Assembly: GCA_944377145.1 (NCBI GenBank)
Contig: CALWEH010000003.1
Coordinates: 55,655-119,654, forward strand
Source of the DNA: an uncultured Clostridia bacterium
Lineage (GTDB): Bacteria; Bacillota; Clostridia; Christensenellales; UBA1242
Direction of reading: 5' to 3'
DNA length: 64,000 nucleotides
Part shown: positions 46,668 through 55,992 of the stretch, piece after piece
How positions within the stretch are numbered: the first letter of the stretch is position 1
Layout of the letters: each line of letters opens with the position of its first letter
The notes under the pieces: generated by a model
Database searches by the model: none
Seen by the model: the letters and a program-made list of their open reading frames with translations, nothing else
Told to the model about the DNA's origin: nothing
Program-made: the position numbers and the translations under genes

Positions 46668-48302
46668 CTAGTCATCTAATAAAGCTTTTAATAAATCTTC
46701 TATACCACCTTTAGGAGCCTCATCTTTAATATTTATATCATCATAGTCTTTATCTTCTTCACTATCTACCTCTACTTCTTGATCATCTTCATCTATTTCT
46801 CTAGGTGCAGAAAGTGTAGTGTTTTCTTCTACTTTATTAATATTTACTTCATGCTCAGTTTGCTCATTATTAATTGTTTTAGTCATATTTATATTAATAT
46901 TTGTAGTAGTAACATTTTTTGAAGCAAATACAATATCTTGAGTATTATTCAACATACTAACACTATCATTAGCAGTTAAACTCCTTTTCAAAGAGCTCAC
47001 TGTAGGCATAGGTTCAAGTTTGTTTAATTGAGGATTAGCTATTTCTTCTACAGCCTTTTTAGGTCTTCCTCTGCCTCGTTTTTCTTCATTAACATCTAAC
47101 TCTTGAGAATCAATATTCACTTCATTCTCTAAATTATTTGCTTTATATTCATTAGATGTTTGATGAACATCTTTTCCTGATAAGATATTTCTAATATTGG
47201 ATTTAAATACATCATAATTATCTCCATAATCAGAATAACTTGAGCTAGACATCATTTCATTTACAAAGTTTGTAGCATTAGCTTTAAATGGTTGGCTTTC
47301 ATTAGTTGACAAACTATTAACTTGATTATTTATTGCCACTTCTTCTTTTCTAGGTCTGCCTCTACCTCGCTTTTCTCCAACTTGCACCATTGAATTTTCG
47401 TCTATTATTTTTCTTGGTCTACCTCTTCCTCTCTTCTCTGTTGGTTGAAGCGTATCTTCTGGAGAGACTTCTTTCCTTGGACGCCCTCTTCCTCTTTTTT
47501 CTTTAACAACTATTTCACTCTCGTCCACTATTTTTCTAGGTCTTCCACGCCCTCTTTTTTCTTTCAATTCAACAATCTCATTTTCATCAACAATTTTTCT
47601 TGGTCTACCTCTACCTCGTTTTTCTCCAACTTGCACTATTGAATTTTCGTCTACTATTTTTTTAGGTCTGCCTCTTCCTCTCTTCTCTGTTGGTTGAAGA
47701 TTATCTTCTGGAGAAACTTCTTTTCTTGGACGTCCTCTTCCTCGTTTTTCTCTTGTTAAATTTTCCTCTTCATTTTTAGGATATTTTCTTGGTCTGCCTC
47801 TACGTTCAACTTTAACAGGAGAAATATTAGAGTATATTTCCTTTTCAATTTCTGCATTTAAATCATTTTCTTCATCTTCTTTTTCATCTTGGTCTACAGG
47901 TTTATAATCTATTGGGGTATTTTGTTGTTTAGTTTGGCGTTTTAGATAATTATTATAAGCTTCAGTCATAGCCATTTTAACCATCTCAAACACTTCTAAA
48001 TATTCAGGTAATAATTCATCAAGATTTTCTTTAATAACACTTTCATCTATCTGCATTGCATTTTCAACAGACATATTAATAATATTATCTGTTATTAAAG
48101 ATGTAATAGCTATAGCGTTAGGATTTCCAAATGCTCTAAATTTAGCATCTGTAATAATTCCATTAACAACACGCCAACTAAGCTCTATTACCAAACCGTC
48201 ATTATCATTCCCCACTCTACCTATTGCGTCAGGCTTAATAATACGTCCACTATGTTTTGCATTATAAAATAAATCTAAAATTTTTCTACTACACGCTTTC
48301 AT
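46668..48302 (-). CDS. cysteine-less IscU/NifU-N-like domain fused to nine AT-hook motifs and an acidic tail
   Basis: 544 aa. Residues 1-118 are colinear with IscU (ILD.F.N...G.I...D..G.VGN...G..I.L...V....I.DAKF..FG...AIA) but all three ligand Cys are replaced. Residues 166-320 hold 8 RGRP cores (7 of them EKRGRGRP[RK]K at 20-21 aa spacing). One more core lies at residues 407-416. The C-terminus is acidic. Confidence 0.8.
   Translation of the reverse strand: MKACSRKILDLFYNAKHSGRIIKPDAIGRVGNDNDGLVIELSWRVVNGIITDAKFRAFGNPNAIAITSLITDNIINMSVENAMQIDESVIKENLDELLPEYLEVFEMVKMAMTEAYNNYLKRQTKQQNTPIDYKPVDQDEKEDEENDLNAEIEKEIYSNISPVKVERRGRPRKYPKNEEENLTREKRGRGRPRKEVSPEDNLQPTEKRGRGRPKKIVDENSIVQVGEKRGRGRPRKIVDENEIVELKEKRGRGRPRKIVDESEIVVKEKRGRGRPRKEVSPEDTLQPTEKRGRGRPRKIIDENSMVQVGEKRGRGRPRKEEVAINNQVNSLSTNESQPFKANATNFVNEMMSSSSYSDYGDNYDVFKSNIRNILSGKDVHQTSNEYKANNLENEVNIDSQELDVNEEKRGRGRPKKAVEEIANPQLNKLEPMPTVSSLKRSLTANDSVSMLNNTQDIVFASKNVTTTNININMTKTINNEQTEHEVNINKVEENTTLSAPREIDEDDQEVEVDSEEDKDYDDINIKDEAPKGGIEDLLKALLDD
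47343..47807 (-). repeat. tandem 60-63 bp coding repeats (AT-hook units) with a 249-bp higher-order duplication
   Basis: Units 1-2 (EVSPEDNLQPT / IVDENSIVQVG) recur as units 5-6 (EVSPEDTLQPT / IIDENSMVQVG). At DNA level, the blocks starting near 47362 and 47608 and those near 47420 and 47670 are nearly identical. Confidence 0.85.
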
Positions 48303-49500
48303 TTTTCTTTCTTCCTCTCTTTTGTTTTATACTAGATTTTGAGGAATACGTTGGAGAGAATGAACGTAATTTTTCTACACTTTCTTTAATTATTGCTACC
48401 GCTTTATCCACTTCCTCATATTCATTATTTTTAGAAAAACTAAAACGAATGGTACTTTTAGCTAGATCGTCTGTCATACCCATTGCTTTTAAAACATGAG
48501 AAACTTCTGTGCTATTAGACATACAGGCACTTCCTGTGCTAACATATACACCTTTTAAATCAAGCATCATAAGTAATGCACTACCATCTACTCCAACAAA
48601 AGTTGCACTCACTATTTTTGCTAATTTTTGCTTTGGATAACCATTTATAATAACATCTGGAACCTCTTTTGTTAATTGAGCTACAAAATATTCACTTAAT
48701 GTTTTAATTTTATATTGGTTTTGCTTTAAATCCCTATATGCAATTTCAGCAGCTTTAGCAAAGCCTGTTATTCCTGCCACATTTAAAGTTCCTCCTCGTT
48801 TACCACGCTCTTGATTTCCTCCAAAGTGCAAATTATCTATATTTACTTTATTGCTAACATATAAAGCTCCCACACCTTTAGGCCCATAAATCTTATGAGA
48901 GGATATGCTTAAAGCATCTATACCCATATCAGGACAATCAAATTCCATAGAACCATACAACTGAACTGCATCTGTATGGAAAATCACTCCTTTTTCTTTA
49001 GCTAGTTGAGCAATAGCTTTAATATTTTGTATAGTACCCACTTCATTATTAGCTGACATTATTGATATTAAAATTGTTTGAGGAGTAATAGCTCCAATAA
49101 GCTCTGCAAAATTTACAAACCCATTTTTATCAACATCTAGATAGGTAACTGTAAACCCATTTTTTTCTAAGAATTCACAAGCATCAAGCACTGAGTGATG
49201 TTCAAACTTAGATGTTATAATATGGTTTCCTTTATTTTTATTTGCCATAGCAATGCCAATAATAGCCCAATTATTAGACTCTGTTCCGCCTGATGTAAAA
49301 TATATTTCATTAGGACTAACATTAAGAGTTTTAGCAATAGTATCTCTAGCTTCATCAATATATTTATTAGCATCACGACCAACGCCATGCACTGAGTTGC
49401 TATTACCATAACATTCTGTCATAACAGGCATCATAGCCTGCAATACTTCTGCACTCATTTTAGTGGTAGAAGCGTTATCAAAATAGATTTCAGCTTTCAT
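48289..49500 (-). CDS. nifS: class V cysteine desulfurase (NifS/IscS-like)
   Basis: YFDNASTT, the PLP lysine in SSHKIYGPKG and the active-site Cys in STGSACMS. It has a basic C-terminal tail (KQKRGRKKNESV). Start at ATG 49500 after GGAG; the track ORF starts at a GTG inside the promoter. Confidence 0.9.
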   Translation of the reverse strand: MKAEIYFDNASTTKMSAEVLQAMMPVMTECYGNSNSVHGVGRDANKYIDEARDTIAKTLNVSPNEIYFTSGGTESNNWAIIGIAMANKNKGNHIITSKFEHHSVLDACEFLEKNGFTVTYLDVDKNGFVNFAELIGAITPQTILISIMSANNEVGTIQNIKAIAQLAKEKGVIFHTDAVQLYGSMEFDCPDMGIDALSISSHKIYGPKGVGALYVSNKVNIDNLHFGGNQERGKRGGTLNVAGITGFAKAAEIAYRDLKQNQYKIKTLSEYFVAQLTKEVPDVIINGYPKQKLAKIVSATFVGVDGSALLMMLDLKGVYVSTGSACMSNSTEVSHVLKAMGMTDDLAKSTIRFSFSKNNEYEEVDKAVAIIKESVEKLRSFSPTYSSKSSIKQKRGRKKNESV

Positions 49501-49518
49501 ATTTATATCTCCATGCTT

Positions 49519-49547
49519 ATTGTACAACACAACAGCTTCTTTGTCAA
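49519..49547 (-). promoter_or_regulatory. sigma-A-type promoter for the nifS / IscU-like operon
   Basis: Minus strand: TTGACA, 17 nt spacer, TACAAT. It is preceded by about 70 nt that are almost pure A (UP-element-like). Confidence 0.65.
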
Positions 49548-49625
49548 TAGTGATTTTTTAATTTTTTTATATTTTTTGACTATTTTTTTATTATTTTATT
49601 TTTATTTTTTTTGTTTTTTTCAATA

Positions 49626-49652
49626 TATAAAAAACACTAGCTATTAGCTAGT
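49626..49652 (-). terminator. probable rho-independent terminator after trxA
   Basis: Minus strand: ACTAGC-TAATA-GCTAGT followed by GTTTTTTAT. The stem is short. Confidence 0.5.
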
Positions 49653-49669
49653 ATTTTTAAACAACATTT

Positions 49670-49975
49670 TTATCTATTTTGATCAATGAATTTTAACACT
49701 TCATCTTTAGTATTAAATCCTACCATTGTATCTACAACTTGACCTTTTTTAAAAATCAATATTGTAGGGATTGAAAATATTTTATATTCTCTTGCAATAT
49801 CTTCACTTTCATCTACATCTACATTATAGAACTCAACATCTTTTAAAATAGTTTCAATTTCTTCCATAATTGGCTTTAACATTCTGCAAGGTGCACACCA
49901 AGTAGCGTAAAAATCCACTACACAAAAATCGCTCTCTTTCACCTTTTTAAATGTTGAACTTGTTAATTTTTCCAT
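49670..49975 (-). CDS. trxA: thioredoxin
   Basis: 101 aa with the active site WCAPC and FSIPT. Confidence 0.93.
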   Translation of the reverse strand: MEKLTSSTFKKVKESDFCVVDFYATWCAPCRMLKPIMEEIETILKDVEFYNVDVDESEDIAREYKIFSIPTILIFKKGQVVDTMVGFNTKDEVLKFIDQNR

Positions 49976-49979
49976 AAAA

Positions 49980-50651
49980 TCACTCCTTTACAATTTCATT
50001 TATTACATAGGATACTATAGTACAAGCCATAGCTACTGGATAATAAGATATACTTCCAACTGGAGTCTTTTTCATTGCAAAATTAGAGGTATATACCACT
50101 TGCAATTTTTTTATGCCATTATCTTTACAATATTTTCTTAATATTTTTGCCAAGGCATCATTTTCAGTTTTAAATATATCTACCACTTTAAATTCAGGAT
50201 TTCCTAAATATCTATTTCCTGCACCCATACTAGATAATAAATTTAAATTTAATTGATTGCATTTATATATTAAATATTGTTTTGCTTTAATATCGTCAAT
50301 ACAATCTATAATCATAGTATATCTTGTTAAATCAATTTTATTATTACAATCAAATTTTTCACACAAACTAATTAAATTTAAATTAGGATTAATATCTAGC
50401 AACTGTTTTTTCAATACATTTACTTTATATTCTCCAATAGTTGAATAAAAGGCTACAAACTGCCTATTTATATTACTTTCAGCCACTTTATCAAAATCCA
50501 TAATAGTCAAATTAGAAACACCTGCCCGCACCAGCATGTGAGCTACTGCTCCACCTACTCCTCCTAGGCCAATAATTAATATATTTGCGTTTAAAATTTT
50601 ATCCATTTGAGTAGGAGTTAATAAAAGTTCTTGTCTTTGTAAAAATTCCAT
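49980..50651 (-). CDS. tcdA: tRNA threonylcarbamoyladenosine dehydratase (ThiF/MoeB E1-like, TcdA family)
   Basis: RQ..L.......L....I.I.GLGGVGG..A..L.R.GV..L...DFD.V..SN.NRQ. Start at ATG 50651, 1 nt after the hslU stop. Confidence 0.8.
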   Translation of the reverse strand: MEFLQRQELLLTPTQMDKILNANILIIGLGGVGGAVAHMLVRAGVSNLTIMDFDKVAESNINRQFVAFYSTIGEYKVNVLKKQLLDINPNLNLISLCEKFDCNNKIDLTRYTMIIDCIDDIKAKQYLIYKCNQLNLNLLSSMGAGNRYLGNPEFKVVDIFKTENDALAKILRKYCKDNGIKKLQVVYTSNFAMKKTPVGSISYYPVAMACTIVSYVINEIVKE

Positions 50652-50652
50652 A

Positions 50653-51957
50653 TTATAACACAAACTTTTTAAAATCATGAGATTTAAATGCTGATGTTAA
50701 AGTGCTTTCTACAAATACTTTATCTATTACAACTTCTACTAAAGGATTTTCATTGCTAGCATTAAATGAAATGTCTTCTAATAAATTTTCTAAAATAGTT
50801 TGCAAACGTCTAGCTCCAAGATTTTCTTGAGTTTCATTTTCAAGTTTAGCAAGCTCTCCAATTTTTTCTATAGCGTCATCTGTAAATTTTAAATCTATAT
50901 TATCTACTTTTAGCATTTGTTCATACTGATTAATTAGCCCTGTTTGTAATTTTAATATTTTAACAAAATCATCTTTATCCAAATTATCTAATTCCACTAT
51001 AATTGGGAAACGACCTTGCAATTCAGGAATTAAATCACTTACACTTGCAATATGAAATGCTCCTGCAGCTATAAATAATATATGGTCTGTATGAATTGAG
51101 CCATATTTAGTATTAACCACACAACCTTCTACTATTGGTAAAATATCTCGTTGAACACCCTCTCTGGATACATCTTGACCTTGAACTTTTTTCGCAGCAA
51201 TTTTATCTATCTCATCTATAAATATAATACCCTCTTGTTCAGCACGATGAATAGCTTCTTTATTTACATTATCTTGATCAATTAATCTATCACATTCTTC
51301 TTCTATTAATATTTCTCTAGCACGCTCAACACTCATTTTTTTAGTTTTGCGATTACCTTTAAACACTCCACCTACAATTTGACCAATATTAATTTCACCT
51401 GCTCCACCTTCTAAAATATTAAAAGGTTTAGGCTGTTCGTTAACTTCAACTTCAATTATATCTTTATCAAACAATCCTCCATCAAAACTAGCTTCAAATT
51501 GATTTTTAAAAGTTTCAGTATCCATTTCTTCTGGCTTTAATTGTTTTTTTAGAGGGTATAAAATGTCTTTAATTTTTTTATTTACTAAATGTAAAGCTTT
51601 ATCACGAACTTTTTGTACTTGTTCACTTTTTACCACACGAATACTAGCTTCCACAAGATCTCGCACCATGCTTTCAACATCACGACCAACATAACCTACT
51701 TCTGTATATTTAGTAGCTTCTACTTTTACAAAAGGCGCATTAACAAGCTTAGCTAGCCTTCTTGCTATTTCTGTTTTACCTACCCCTGTAGGACCTTTTA
51801 ATATAATGTTTTTTGGCATTATTTCATCACTTACAGATTTAGGTAATTGACTACGCCTATATCTATTTCTAAGAGCGATTGATACTGCACGTTTAGCTTT
51901 ATATTGCCCTACAATATATTCATCTAATTTATTAACAATTTCTTTACAAGTCATCAT
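50653..51957 (-). CDS. hslU: ATP-dependent protease ATPase subunit HslU (ClpY)
   Basis: L..YIVGQ..AK.AV..ALRNR.RR, GPTGVGKTEIARRLA, IIFIDEIDKI. Start at ATG 51957 after GAGGAGA, directly after the hslV stop. Confidence 0.95.
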   Translation of the reverse strand: MMTCKEIVNKLDEYIVGQYKAKRAVSIALRNRYRRSQLPKSVSDEIMPKNIILKGPTGVGKTEIARRLAKLVNAPFVKVEATKYTEVGYVGRDVESMVRDLVEASIRVVKSEQVQKVRDKALHLVNKKIKDILYPLKKQLKPEEMDTETFKNQFEASFDGGLFDKDIIEVEVNEQPKPFNILEGGAGEINIGQIVGGVFKGNRKTKKMSVERAREILIEEECDRLIDQDNVNKEAIHRAEQEGIIFIDEIDKIAAKKVQGQDVSREGVQRDILPIVEGCVVNTKYGSIHTDHILFIAAGAFHIASVSDLIPELQGRFPIIVELDNLDKDDFVKILKLQTGLINQYEQMLKVDNIDLKFTDDAIEKIGELAKLENETQENLGARRLQTILENLLEDISFNASNENPLVEVVIDKVFVESTLTSAFKSHDFKKFVL

Positions 51958-51959
51958 AA

Positions 51960-52493
51960 TTAAATCTCCTCGTAAGTGTAATTTGAATTTGTAAATACAC
52001 AAGTTTCACTAGCAATTTTCATTGCTTCATCAGCAATTTCTTTTGCAGACATATTTGTATTACGCATTAATGCTTTAGCTGCTGCTAGAGCATAATTACT
52101 TCCACTACCTATAGAATACACATCACCCTCTGGTTCTAATATTTCTCCTGATGAACTTAGCATAAGTAAAGTATCTTTATCTGCTACCAACATCATAACA
52201 TCTTCATTGCTTCCGTGAGGCATAGTTCTAACATTTTTAGCAAATTCTACTGCACTTCTTACAAGACTTCCTGAAAATTTATTTAAACATTTTTCAAATT
52301 CTTCACAAAGTAGCACAGCATAACCAGCTGCTCCTGCAAATCCTACAATTACTTTTCCATCATATATTCTTCTTAATTTGTGAGCTGTTGTTTTAGCTAT
52401 AATGCTTTGACCAAGAGTTACTTGACCATCAGCTACCATAATAGTTTTTCCATCTTTTTTAACAGCTAATATTGTTGTTGCCTTAAAATCCAT
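51960..52493 (-). CDS. hslV: ATP-dependent protease peptidase subunit HslV (ClpQ/CodW type)
   Basis: 177 aa: ATTILAVKKDGK....DGQVT.G....K..A.K.RR...GKV..GFAG, GSGS.YALAAA.AL. Confidence 0.93.
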   Translation of the reverse strand: MDFKATTILAVKKDGKTIMVADGQVTLGQSIIAKTTAHKLRRIYDGKVIVGFAGAAGYAVLLCEEFEKCLNKFSGSLVRSAVEFAKNVRTMPHGSNEDVMMLVADKDTLLMLSSSGEILEPEGDVYSIGSGSNYALAAAKALMRNTNMSAKEIADEAMKIASETCVFTNSNYTYEEI

Positions 52494-52606
52494 AACTTTC
52501 TCCTAAAATTTATTATATACTATTAATTTTTAATTAGCAAACATTTTTTATTATTACATATCATCATTTTTATTTGCTTATAGTTTTTATTTAAATTTTT
52601 ACATAT

Positions 52607-53911
52607 CTAATTTATCAATTTTATTATCTCTTGCATAGCTTGATTACTTCGCTTTGAGTATTGCTCATTTCTTTTTTGTTTATCCTTAATATCTAGTGGT
52701 GCCAATAAGCCTAAATTAGCATTCATAGGTTGAAAATTATCTATATTAGCATTGGATAAATATTTATAAATTCCTCCAATAATTGTGTTATTATCAAATT
52801 TTACCATTTCTCTATTTTCCAACATGTTAACTATATTCATAGCACAATACAGACCACTCATTATGCTTTCAACATATCCTTCCACCCCACTTAATTGACC
52901 TGCAATAAAAATATTATTATTAATTTTCAACCTACTATATTCATCGCATACTTTTGGGAAATTAATAAAATTATTCCTATGCATTACTCCATAACGCAAA
53001 AATTCAGCATTTTCTAAAGCTGGAATTAATCTAAACACTCGCTTTTGTTCTGCAAAAGTAAGATTAGTTTGAAACCCCACCATATTATACATATTTGCTA
53101 ACACATTTTCTTTTCTTAACTGCACAACAGCATAAGGTTTTACTTGTGTTCGTTTATCCATTAACCCTACAGGTTTAAGAGGGCCAAATCGAATAGCATC
53201 TTCCCCACGACCAGCCATAACTTCAATAGGCATGCAGCTTTCAAATACTTTTTTATTTTCAAAATCCTTTAATTCAACACTCTCAGCATTTATCAATTCA
53301 TTATAAAATTTTAAATATTGTTCTTTATTCATAGGGCAATTTAAATAATCTTCCCCACCTTTATCATATCTGCTTTGAAAAAATGCTATATCCATATTTA
53401 TGCTAGACGCATCTATAATAGGAGAAGCTGCATCAAAAAAATATAAGAACTCTCCCCCTAACATATTTTTTAAAGTATTACACATTTTATCTGTAGTTAA
53501 AGGCCCTGTAGCTATAATAGTTATAGCATCGCTATCTATATAGTCAACATCTTCTACATGTAAAGTTATATTTTTATTTGATTTTATTAAAGATGTTACT
53601 TTTGCAGAAAACAATTCTCTATCTACTGCCAATGAGGCTCCAGATGGAACTTGACATTCATAAGCCACTTTTAATAAATTACACCCAAGAGCCAACAGCT
53701 CTTGTTTTAAAATTCCACTAGCAGAATTAGGGTCTTTGCTTTTAAATGAATTGCTACACACAATCTCTGCATAATTACTATTATGATGAGCGGGTGTAAA
53801 ATTTTTACCTTTTATATCATATAAATTTACTTTATACCCTTTATTTGCAAGGTACAAACATGCTTCGCTTCCTGCTAAGCCTCCACCTATTACATTAATG
53901 GTTTTTTGCAT
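52607..53911 (-). CDS. trmFO: methylenetetrahydrofolate--tRNA-(uracil54-C5)-methyltransferase
   Basis: 434 aa: VIGGGLAGSEA, SNS.KS, FAGQ..GVEGY.ES. Follows topA as in B. subtilis. Confidence 0.93.
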   Translation of the reverse strand: MQKTINVIGGGLAGSEACLYLANKGYKVNLYDIKGKNFTPAHHNSNYAEIVCSNSFKSKDPNSASGILKQELLALGCNLLKVAYECQVPSGASLAVDRELFSAKVTSLIKSNKNITLHVEDVDYIDSDAITIIATGPLTTDKMCNTLKNMLGGEFLYFFDAASPIIDASSINMDIAFFQSRYDKGGEDYLNCPMNKEQYLKFYNELINAESVELKDFENKKVFESCMPIEVMAGRGEDAIRFGPLKPVGLMDKRTQVKPYAVVQLRKENVLANMYNMVGFQTNLTFAEQKRVFRLIPALENAEFLRYGVMHRNNFINFPKVCDEYSRLKINNNIFIAGQLSGVEGYVESIMSGLYCAMNIVNMLENREMVKFDNNTIIGGIYKYLSNANIDNFQPMNANLGLLAPLDIKDKQKRNEQYSKRSNQAMQEIIKLIN

Positions 53912-55981
53912 CTATTTACATTCCTTATTAGCACAATATATTTTTTCACTTTTATTTTTAGCTGTAATATGCTTATATAATGGCTGACCGCATTTAGGAC
54001 ATTTTTCTTTTAATGGCATATCCCATGATGCAAAATTGCATTTAGGATAATTACTACAGCCATAAAATTTATCTCCTTTTTTGCTTCGTTTAATTTGAAG
54101 TGGAGAGCCACAAACAGGGCAATCTCCCATTTCTTCTGGAATTACATCTTCATTTATATTTTGAGTGTTTTTACAGCTTGGATAATTGCTACAAGCTAAA
54201 AATTTTCCAAATTTACCTTCTCTATACACCATCATTCCGCCACATTTTGGACATATTATACCGCTAGGTTGAGCTTCATTTTTCATACTTTGACTATTTA
54301 ATTCTGCTTCATTTAAATGAACAATAAAGTCTTTATAAAAATCATCTACAATATCTTCCCATTTTTTGCCTTTAAATTCCACTTCATCTAAATGTTTTTC
54401 CATATCAGCTGTAAATTTAATATTCATAAGATTTGAAAAATACTTTTCCAAATATTCTGTAACTTTTTCTCCAAGTTCTGTTGGAACCAAATTTTTATCT
54501 TGTTTTACCACATAATCACGATTTAATAATGTCATAATTGTGCTAGCATAAGTTGCTGGACGCCCAATTCCTTTATCTTCCATTTCTTTAATTATGGTAG
54601 ACTCATTAAATCTTACAGGAGGTTTTGTGAATTTCTGTTCACTGTCTAATTTTTCTAACTTCAACTCTTCTCCCTCTACCAAATTTGGAATATTTATTGC
54701 AGCAGATTTATCATCTTCTTCATTATTAAACACTTTTGTATATCCATCAAAAATTAAAGCTCTACCTGAAGATTTAAACTTATAGTCTCCAGCTTTAATT
54801 TCAACCACTAAGCTATCATATTTTGCATTTGACATTTGACTAGCTAAAAATCGATTAAATATTAAAGTATAAAGCTTTAACAAATTATTATCCATTTTGC
54901 CAGCAAGTGATTGAGGAGTGTATTTTAAAGATATTGGTCTAATAGCCTCATGAGCATCTTGCATATTTTTCTTAACATCATACTTATTAAATTGTTTTGG
55001 AGCATATTCTTGACCATAATTATCTATAATATACTCTTTTGCCATTTTTTGCGCCTCTGGAGATACTCTTACGCTATCTGTACGAATATATGTGACTAAA
55101 GCTACTTTACCTTCCCCTTCAATTTCTACTCCTTCATATAACATTTGAGCAGATTTTGTATAACTATTAAGAGTCATTTTCAACTTTTTTATAGCATCTT
55201 GCTGTAAAGAGCTTGTAATATATGGTGGCGGAGTTTTACCATCTACCACGCTTCTTTTTACACTGTCTACAATATATGGTAAATTTTTTAATTCATCTTC
55301 TATTCGCTTTGCTTCAGCCTGGTTTGGTATATCAATTTTTTTATTATTAAAATGAGTAAGCTCACTTTTAAAAGATTTATTATTATCTTTCTTTAACAAA
55401 TGAGCTGATATATTCCAATATTCTTCTTTTACAAAATTGCGAATAGCTTTTTCTCTATCAACAATTATTTTTAATACAACAGATTGAACTCTTCCTGCAC
55501 TTAATTTATTTCTAATTTTACGTGAAAGAAGAGGAGATAACTTATATCCCATAATTCTATCTAGCACTCTTCGAGCTTGTTGAGCATTTACTAAATTTAA
55601 ATTAATTGGCTTTGGATTAGCTATACTTGCCTGAATAGCATTTTTTGAAATTTCATTAAATGCAGTCCTAACAGGAGCATCTTTTCCTAAACCTAAAATA
55701 TATGCTAAATGCCAAGCAATAGCTTCACCTTCTCTATCAGGGTCTGTAGCAAGATATATAGCATCTGCTTTAGAGGCTTTTTCTTTTAATTGCTTAACAA
55801 TATCCCTCTTATCAGCAATAATTTCATAACTAGGCTTATATCCATGTGCAATATCTACAGCAAAACGAGATTTAGGCAAATCTCTTACATGCCCTTTAGT
55901 AGCAAACACTTCATAACCTGGTCCTAAATATTTCTTTATACTTTCTCTTTTACCTGGTCCTTCTATTAAAACTAACTTCAT
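53912..55981 (-). CDS. topA: DNA topoisomerase I
   Basis: 689 aa with a Toprim domain (L.IVE.P.K), the active-site region (YITYIRTDS-like TYIRTDS) and three C-terminal Cys4 zinc ribbons. Confidence 0.97.
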   Translation of the reverse strand: MKLVLIEGPGKRESIKKYLGPGYEVFATKGHVRDLPKSRFAVDIAHGYKPSYEIIADKRDIVKQLKEKASKADAIYLATDPDREGEAIAWHLAYILGLGKDAPVRTAFNEISKNAIQASIANPKPINLNLVNAQQARRVLDRIMGYKLSPLLSRKIRNKLSAGRVQSVVLKIIVDREKAIRNFVKEEYWNISAHLLKKDNNKSFKSELTHFNNKKIDIPNQAEAKRIEDELKNLPYIVDSVKRSVVDGKTPPPYITSSLQQDAIKKLKMTLNSYTKSAQMLYEGVEIEGEGKVALVTYIRTDSVRVSPEAQKMAKEYIIDNYGQEYAPKQFNKYDVKKNMQDAHEAIRPISLKYTPQSLAGKMDNNLLKLYTLIFNRFLASQMSNAKYDSLVVEIKAGDYKFKSSGRALIFDGYTKVFNNEEDDKSAAINIPNLVEGEELKLEKLDSEQKFTKPPVRFNESTIIKEMEDKGIGRPATYASTIMTLLNRDYVVKQDKNLVPTELGEKVTEYLEKYFSNLMNIKFTADMEKHLDEVEFKGKKWEDIVDDFYKDFIVHLNEAELNSQSMKNEAQPSGIICPKCGGMMVYREGKFGKFLACSNYPSCKNTQNINEDVIPEEMGDCPVCGSPLQIKRSKKGDKFYGCSNYPKCNFASWDMPLKEKCPKCGQPLYKHITAKNKSEKIYCANKECK

Positions 55982-55992
55982 AAAACCTCATA

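Noticed and set aside
49548-49625. A long T-rich (plus strand) / A-rich (minus strand) tract between trxA and nifS that looked like a possible repeat or replication-related element.
   Set aside because: It has no internal periodic unit or dyad symmetry. Its position immediately upstream of the -35 of the nifS promoter fits an UP-element-like A tract.
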